Assembly: GCF_006345805.1 (NCBI RefSeq)
Contig: NW_021825446.1
Span: 1-15,421, forward strand
Reading direction: 5' to 3'
Length of the DNA: 15,421 nucleotides
Origin: Octopus sinensis
Taxonomy: Eukaryota
Under the pieces are notes generated by a model that worked only from the letters and a program-made list of their open reading frames with translations, searched no databases and was not told the DNA's origin. Below are positions 9,819 to 15,421 of the stretch, piece by piece. How positions within the stretch are numbered: position 1 is the first letter of the stretch; each line of letters opens with the position of its first letter. A program made the translations under genes and the position numbers.

Positions 9819-9826
9819 TATATATA

Positions 9827-9877
<51 letters not shown>
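9819..9877. repeat. (TA)n between palindrome A and the retrozyme-like unit
   Basis: Direct reading. Confidence 0.95.
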
Positions 9878-9879
<2 letters not shown>

Positions 9880-9880
<1 letters not shown>

Positions 9881-10321
9881 ATGATAAATATCAAAGTGAG
9901 TTATATACAGTAGCGGTAACACATCGTGACGTATATTTGCCATTCAATATGGCCACCCCTAGGGTAGATGCTACTGTAGTTTTTAGCCCAGGAGGACACA
10001 CTCCTCCAGCTGGCCATAGACACACTTTCTGTGTCCTGTCAGTATTTGCAAGGGAAGTCATCCTTCCCGCCTTCAACTTATGATACACACGGACTCGAGT
10101 TTCGAGGTATTGACCTCTCGTCAGCGTGTGGGACATTCATAGTTGTCGCCGAGAATTAGATTTCCTTCACAAATACTTATACTTTTTCCAGCGTCCACTG
10201 TCGCTGATATTGAAACAGTGAAATCAAACAATGATAAATATCAAAGTGAGTTATATACAGTAGCGGTAACACATCGTGACGTATATTTGCCATTTCAAAA
10301 TGGCTACCCCTAAGGGTGGAT
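9880..10321 (-). mobile_element. Retrozyme-like non-autonomous retroelement (350-nt unit plus ~90-bp terminal redundancy) carrying the hammerhead
   Basis: Direct repeats 9880-9969 and 10230-10321 are spaced exactly 350 nt apart and identical over the first ~64 nt. There is an internal hammerhead, no credible ORF, and (TA)n on both flanks. Confidence 0.75.
10086..10130 (-). ncRNA. Type I hammerhead ribozyme, canonical core intact
   Basis: Minus strand reads CACACG-CTGACGA-GAGGT(CAAT)ACCTC-GAA-AC(TCGA)GT-C/-CGTGTG. It has a 6-bp stem I, an exact CUGANGA box, a 5-bp stem II closed by G10.1-C11.1, a GAAA box, a short palindromic stem III (ACTCGAGT) and a GUC cleavage triplet. Predicted cut is between 10092 and 10091. 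Confidence 0.93.
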
Positions 10322-10340
10322 ATATATATATATTATATTT

Positions 10341-10541
10341 AGGGCATTATTACACATAAATGCCACACGAGGAGGGGACTTTTAAAGTCATACCTACCAA
10401 AAATAAACAATCGTACCGAATGCAATTCTCGAAGCGAGACATTTAAAAACAGAATTGAACTAAATTCTGTTTTAAATGTCTCGCTTCGAGAATTGCGTTC
10501 GGTACGATTTATTTATTTTAGGTAGTTATGACTTTAAAAGT
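10341..10541. mobile_element. Fold-back palindrome B, second copy of family A, inverted and truncated on the right
   Basis: Same arm sequence as 9566-9806. The loop region GAATTGAACTAAATTC resembles the reverse complement of the A loop region. The right arm stops at ...GACTTTAAAAGT. Confidence 0.85.
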
Positions 10542-10555
10542 TGAATATATATATA

Positions 10556-10780
10556 TTCAACAATAATATTAAGGAATGGCCTTAATAGGCATTCAACTCA
10601 CTAAATCGAGCAACTAAACTCAAACCGCTAAATAGTAGTAATTCGGAATCAAAGGAAAATTAAAAATGTTTTTTAATTTCCTTTGATTTCCGAATTACTA
10701 CTATTTAGCGGTTGAGTTTAGCTGCTCGATTTAGTGAGTTGAATGACCTAGTAAGGCCATTCCTTAATATTATTGTTGAA
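10556..10780. mobile_element. Fold-back palindrome C (different family), ~111-bp arms, 3-nt loop
   Basis: 10556-10666 pairs with 10670-10780 with a handful of mismatches and indels. The ends read TTCAACAATAATATT...AATATTATTGTTGAA, with TA-rich flanks. Confidence 0.85.
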
Positions 10781-10951
10781 CGTATATTATATAGTCTGTT
10801 GACTATTTTTTGTTTCTCACTAGACCGCTGGTGGCGAAAAAAATTTCTATTGAATTTTTTGCTACCCTTATATTGATTAATATATATACATATATACATA
10901 TATATATATATATTTATATGTGTATAAGGATGAAAAGGGACACACGAGTTG

Positions 10952-11447
10952 ATATATATGAAAAACAAGTCAAGATAGAAAATGCTAAAATAATTTTATA
11001 AATAACATTTCTGTACCGGTTTCGGTCATTTGAGACCTTTTCAACTGTAACTATTAGATAATTAAATCTAGAAAAAAAATTTTAAAAAAAGGTTTTCTAA
11101 ACCAATATTTGTATAGTGTCAAATACAAGTGGCATTTTCCTGTTTTGCCTTTCTCTGTGTCTGTTGTTACTCTTGTGGGTTCGAGGTCATACCAAGAATT
11201 CACATGGACCTTGAACCCACAGAATTAAACAAGAGAAGACAGAGACAGGCAGAAACAAGAAATGACTTGTATTTGAATAAGATTGTATTTTTTTTACTAT
11301 ACAAATATTCTTTTAAAAAACTTTTATTTTATTTTCCTAAATTTGATTATCTAATAGTTACAGTTGAAAATGTCTCAAATGACGAAACCGGGGTTGAATG
11401 TTATTTATAAAATTATTTTAGCATTTTATTCTTTGACTTGTTTTTTC

Positions 11448-11452
<5 letters not shown>
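10952..11452. mobile_element. Fold-back palindrome D, ~500 bp, older and more diverged
   Basis: Arms pair from the termini (GAAAAACAAGTC / GACTTGTTTTTTC) inward through TCAAATACAAGT/ACTTGTATTTGA and TGTGGGTTCGAGGTC/GACCTTGAACCCACA to a loop at ~11189-11206. It is flanked by (TA)n. Confidence 0.8.
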
Positions 11453-11480
<28 letters not shown>

Positions 11481-11484
11481 GCTC

Positions 11485-12030
11485 ACAGCAGCCGTATTCC
11501 TACCGCTCTCTGTCACGCTGCTGAGACCCATATTGGAGACGGGATTCAGCCTCTTCTCATATCTCAAAGACATACATCATCTCGAAAGATTCAGAAGCTG
11601 GCTACCCGCATGGTTCTTGGTCTCAAGCATTTGTCTTAGAAGAAAGGTTGGAGACGCTCGACTTTATTCTCTAGAAAAAAACGACGACGCCGTGGTGATC
11701 TCATTTTTGCTCACAACATCATAAGCGGAAAGTGTAACCTCTCGAAAGCTGTTCTTCACTCCTGCTCCAGAGAGTCGGTTGCGGGGTCACTCCGAAAGCT
11801 CTATCTGCGACGATTTCATCTCAATCGAGGGAGAGGGGCTTTCTCCGTCCGGTTGCGGATCCGTGGAATAAGCTGCCGGACGAGATAGTGAAGATGCCGA
11901 CGACCGCTCGGTTCAAAGTCTCTCTGACCAGAAATGACCTGAACTCTTTGCATGAACACCCTCCCTGTACATAACTCCATGTCCACCTACATGGCCTGCT
12001 TTTTGCTTTTGAGTCAAAAATTAACTTAAC
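11485..12030 (+). mobile_element. 5'-truncated CR1-group LINE: ORF2 C-terminus plus 3' UTR, multiply frameshifted
   Basis: Frame-shifting translation gives VTLLRPILE...YLKDIHHLER(V)QKLATRMVLGLKHLS(Y)EERLETLD(L)YSLEKRRRRGDLI...RLRGHSE(K)LYLRRFHLNR...FSVR(V)ADPWNKLPDE...RFKVSL. These are hallmark CR1 post-RT motifs (RPxLEY, LERVQ, SYEERL, RGDLI, RGH, WNxLP). Confidence 0.88.
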
Positions 12031-12031
12031 T

Positions 12032-12055
12032 TATATATATATATATTATATATAT

Positions 12056-12107
<52 letters not shown>

Positions 12108-12161
12108 TGTGTGTGTGTGTGTGTGTTTATATAATATATATATATATAATATATATAATAT
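12032..12161. repeat. (TA)n/(TG)n compound tract
   Basis: Direct reading. Confidence 0.92.
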
Positions 12162-12328
12162 GTGACAATTAGTTGGTTGTCATAATAAAACTTAGAGTTT
12201 CGGATGCCAGGGGCTGAAGTCTGCTCTGGCATCTCATCAGTTATTAAGACAAAACAACAAACCCTTGAATAAAGGGAAATTACTCCAATAGGCCGGGGGA
12301 AAGTAAAAACTACGTTCATAGATCTGCA
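12162..12328 (-). mobile_element. ~165-bp hammerhead-bearing interspersed element (retrozyme or Penelope-derived) between microsatellites
   Basis: An island of complex sequence bounded by (TA)n/(TG)n on the left and (CA)n/(TA)n on the right, containing the 12177-12252 hammerhead. Confidence 0.55.
12177..12252 (-). ncRNA. Type I hammerhead ribozyme with long stems I and II (second family)
   Basis: Minus strand reads TTGTCTTAATAA-CTGATGA-GATGCCAG(15 nt)CTGGCATC-C-GAA-ACT(CTA)AGT-T/-TTATTATGACAA. Stem I is 12 bp with one mismatch, stem II is 8 bp plus one extra C, both core boxes are exact, and the triplet is GUU. Predicted cut is between 12189 and 12188. Confidence 0.85.
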
Positions 12329-12353
12329 TACACACACACACACACACACACAC

Positions 12354-12387
<34 letters not shown>

Positions 12388-12702
12388 TTGAAAATATGTG
12401 GTTTTAAGTTGATGGAAATTAAGTCCCTGAAATAATGATCCAGTAAGATGCTAATCTTCTTATATTTATTCATAACCAAGCTGATAGTAACTTCGAATGA
12501 TTTTGCTGACGTTGCCTTGTTCCAGCGACAAAAAGAGTAGGACGTGATATCGTCATGTGTCGTTAGTGCGTCCTTGAGGCATGTGTTCTATTCTGAACAT
12601 TTACAGACCTGTGTGACCCCTATTTGTAAATGTGTCTGACAAGAGCTGACTTCTTCAGTGAGAGACAGACAGGCAGAGGGACAGAGAGAGTGAGAAGAAA
12701 AG

Positions 12703-12800
12703 AAGAATGAGTCGATCCAAGTACAATATTGATACATTATTTATCGACCCCTCGAAAGAATTAAAATCAAAGCTGTCCTCAGCAGGTTTTGATCTTAGTA
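12703..12800 (+). mobile_element. Diverged fragment of a common cephalopod-type SINE body
   Basis: GTCGATCCAAGTAC...TTATTTATCGACCCCTCGAAAGAATTAAAATCAAAGCTGTCCTCAGCAGGTTTTGATC resembles a recalled abundant Octopus SINE segment (recall only). Confidence 0.4.
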
Positions 12801-13353
12801 CGCATGTCAAAGCAATCTGTCTGATGTTCTCTTGAATATTTTCAGGAAGATGATAGAATTAACTTGCAACAACATTCAAGAAAACAAGCAACAGGTAGAG
12901 CTAATTGACTTGCTAGAAACAAGAGCTAAATCTTATTTTTTACATCATACGGTATCGTATTAAGGAAAAAGGAACACACAGTTTATGTAGTACTTGATAG
13001 AACATACCTGAAAACTTAACCGACGAGATGGTCACGGCAATAAGATTCGTGGGTCATATGTTTGGTCGATCAGACTTAGCATAAAATTGTGTAAGAGTAC
13101 CAGTAACTCAAGGACCTGCAAAGATACCTCTCCCAGCCCCAGTACCACCACCATCACCACCACCACCACCCCACCACCAAAACTGGAGTCAGCTTGCTAA
13201 ACATAGCAGCCAGAACTTCCATAAATATCAGCTTCCTTTGTCTTTTCTTGTTGGGTATTATTATCGTACATATACTATATATAAAAAAAACAACAACACA
13301 AAAGTAAATTAGTGAAGGTCATGGTTGGAATGCGTTCAAAATAAGTGTGAAGG

Positions 13354-13525
13354 ATGACCATCGTCATCACCATCCTCTCAATCATCGTTGTCATCCTCGT
13401 CGTCGGCGTCATCATCATCGTAAGTGTTCTTATTGTCATCATCGCCATTAAAATCCTCATTCTCGTCGAAGTCGTCGTCGTCATCATCATCGCCATGATC
13501 GTCGTCGGTCGTCGTCGCCCTCGTA

Positions 13526-13558
<33 letters not shown>

Positions 13559-13577
13559 ATCATCATCATCATCACAT
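13354..13577. repeat. (CAT)/(CGT) trinucleotide tract
   Basis: Direct reading. Confidence 0.88.
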
Positions 13578-13642
13578 TGATGTAAATATATATTCATTCA
13601 TAATGCCTGACAATATATTCATGTGGTCGCAGTCGATCATGT

Positions 13643-14086
13643 TTGTATGTGTACGTGTATGTAAGTACGAATGTATGTATGTATGTATGTATGTATGTAT
13701 ATATGTATGTATGTATGTCTGTCTGTCTGTCTGTATGTATGTATGTCTGTATGTATGTCTGTATGTATGTCTGTATGTATGTATGTATGTATGTATGTAT
13801 GTATGTACGTATGTTTGTATGTATGTATGTACGTATGTAAGTATGTATATATGTATGTATGCACGTACGTATGTATATATGTATGTATGTATATATGTAT
13901 GCATGTATGTATGCATATATGTATGTATGAATGCATGTATGTATGTATATATGTATGTATGTATGTATGCATATATGTATGTATGTATGTATGTATGTAT
14001 ATATGTATGTATGCATGCATGTATGTATGTATGTATGTATGTATGCATATATGTATGTATGCATGCATGTATGTATGTATGTATGC

Positions 14087-14119
<33 letters not shown>

Positions 14120-14327
14120 TGTATATATGTATGTATATATGCATATATGTATGTATGCATGTATGTATGAATGCATGTATGTATGTATTCATGTATGTAA
14201 GCATGTATGTATGTATGTACGTATGTATGTATGTATGTATGTATATATGCATATATGTATGTATGTATGTATGCATGTATGTATGAATGTATGTATGTAT
14301 ATATGTATAGCATGTATGTATGTATGT
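13643..14327. repeat. ~685-bp (ATGT)n tract with ATGC/ATAT/CTGT variants
   Basis: Direct reading; source of the MYVC and HTYI ORFs. Confidence 0.95.
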
Positions 14328-14529
14328 ATTGAGCTTGAACCAACCGCTGCTCTTTCAGCCATTTCGGCCATATTTGATTAGTATGACAGCGTGCCGCATG
14401 ACGTCAGGTGATTTCGGGGCATTTTGCCCGCCAACCTCTGCCTTCATATCAACACATTAATTGGACTGTTGCTCAAGTAATGAGATACCAGCGACGATAA
14501 TGAAGCTCAGAACCCCAACGGCGTTGGCT

Positions 14530-15123
14530 CTCCTCTCTCTTTCCATTATTTTCATTATTTTTGACTTTATTCATTTCATTATTGTTCTTGTTGGCCTTTT
14601 TATTGAACTTTTTCCTCTTCTTTTTTTCTTTTTCTCTGCATCATATTCATTCTTTCTTTTCGTTGTCTTCTTTTCTGTCTTCTGTCATTTTATCGTTTCT
14701 TTCTATCTTTCTTCGTGCTGTCTTTTTTCTGTCGTTCCTTTAGTTCCTTCTTTCTCGTCTTTATCGTCTTTCTCTTCGACTCTTTTCTCCTCTCATCCCA
14801 CCTTATTCTCACCAGCCTCCCCTTCCTCTTCCTCCTGCGCCTCCTTCTTCTTCTTTATTTTCTTTGTGTTCTTCCTTTTTGTCCTCTGCGTCCTCCTTTA
14901 CCGTCTACGTTTTTTTTCTGCCCTTTTTACATCTTCATCCTCTCCTGCTGCTGCTACGACCTCCTGCTCCTGCTCCTCCTCCTCCTTCTACTACTACTTA
15001 CCTCCTCCTTTTTCTTTTATTCCTCGTCTTCCAACTCCCCTTCATTATCCTTGTCTTTCTACTTTTTTCTGCTTCTCTTCTTCCTCCTCATCCACCCAAT
15101 GTCTTCTCTCCTCCTCTCCGTTT

Positions 15124-15158
<35 letters not shown>

Positions 15159-15202
15159 TTACTACTACTACTACTACTACTACTGCTGCTGATACTACTA
15201 CT
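14530..15202. repeat. Pyrimidine-rich low-complexity tract ending in (CTA)n
   Basis: Direct reading. Confidence 0.85.
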
Positions 15203-15421
15203 ATTTAAGGACATTTCAAAGGAGGCGCCGAGATTGCTTTCTTCACATTTGTTGACGTAATTGTCGACGGCAACGTTAGCCGACGTCGGCCTTGGCGTTG
15301 TGGTCACCGTCAACATCGGCGAAAATCGTCCCTTTTTTCATCGTTATCATATGTTTTCTTTTCGCCTTATCACCAGTAATACTTTCTTCCCCTTCACAGT
15401 CAGAACCACCAACACAACCGC

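Noticed and set aside
9891-10136. 81-aa minus-strand ORF overlapping the ribozyme
   Set aside because: No recognisable protein features; the sequence is explained by RNA structure.
9880-10321. CRISPR-like or LTR-retrotransposon reading of the direct repeats
   Set aside because: Only two 90-bp repeats in eukaryotic DNA; no TG...CA ends, PBS, PPT or TSD seen.
12630-12660. Minus-strand CTGAAGA box
   Set aside because: No downstream GAAA at a workable spacing.
12908-13215. Short shared motif (CTTGCTA.AAA.A..AGC.AAA) at ~1945, 12908 and 13192
   Set aside because: Matches are too short and diverged to define boundaries; probably remnants of an old repeat.
13354-14381. Long MYVC and HTYI ORFs
   Set aside because: (ATGT)n has no stop in any frame; these are artefacts.
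14461-15316. 243-, 181- and 85-aa ORFs
   Set aside because: Low-complexity polypyrimidine and (CTA)n sequence. The complex part (15205-15340) gives no recognisable peptide or splice support.

Overview
This is repeat-saturated, AT-rich eukaryotic non-coding DNA. The microsatellite load and the SINE, Helitron and LINE families resemble those I recall from Octopus/cephalopod genomes (inference, not a database result). I can support no host protein-coding gene; almost all ORF-track entries are translations of microsatellites. The window holds decayed LINE fragments (two CR1/L2-group 3' ends, a Tx1/L1-like ORF1 5' piece, an RTE-type C-terminal zinc finger), tRNA-derived SINEs, a Helentron-type and a Helitron-type non-autonomous element, and a Tc1/mariner-like MITE. 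Four long fold-back palindromes lie at 9.55-11.45 kb. The main unexplained signal is self-cleaving RNA. A fully canonical type I hammerhead ribozyme (10086-10130, minus) sits inside a 350-nt unit with 90-bp terminal redundancy, which looks like a retrozyme. A second, near-intact hammerhead of an unrelated family lies at 12177-12252 (minus), and several relic or variant hammerhead cores occur in other repeat families.
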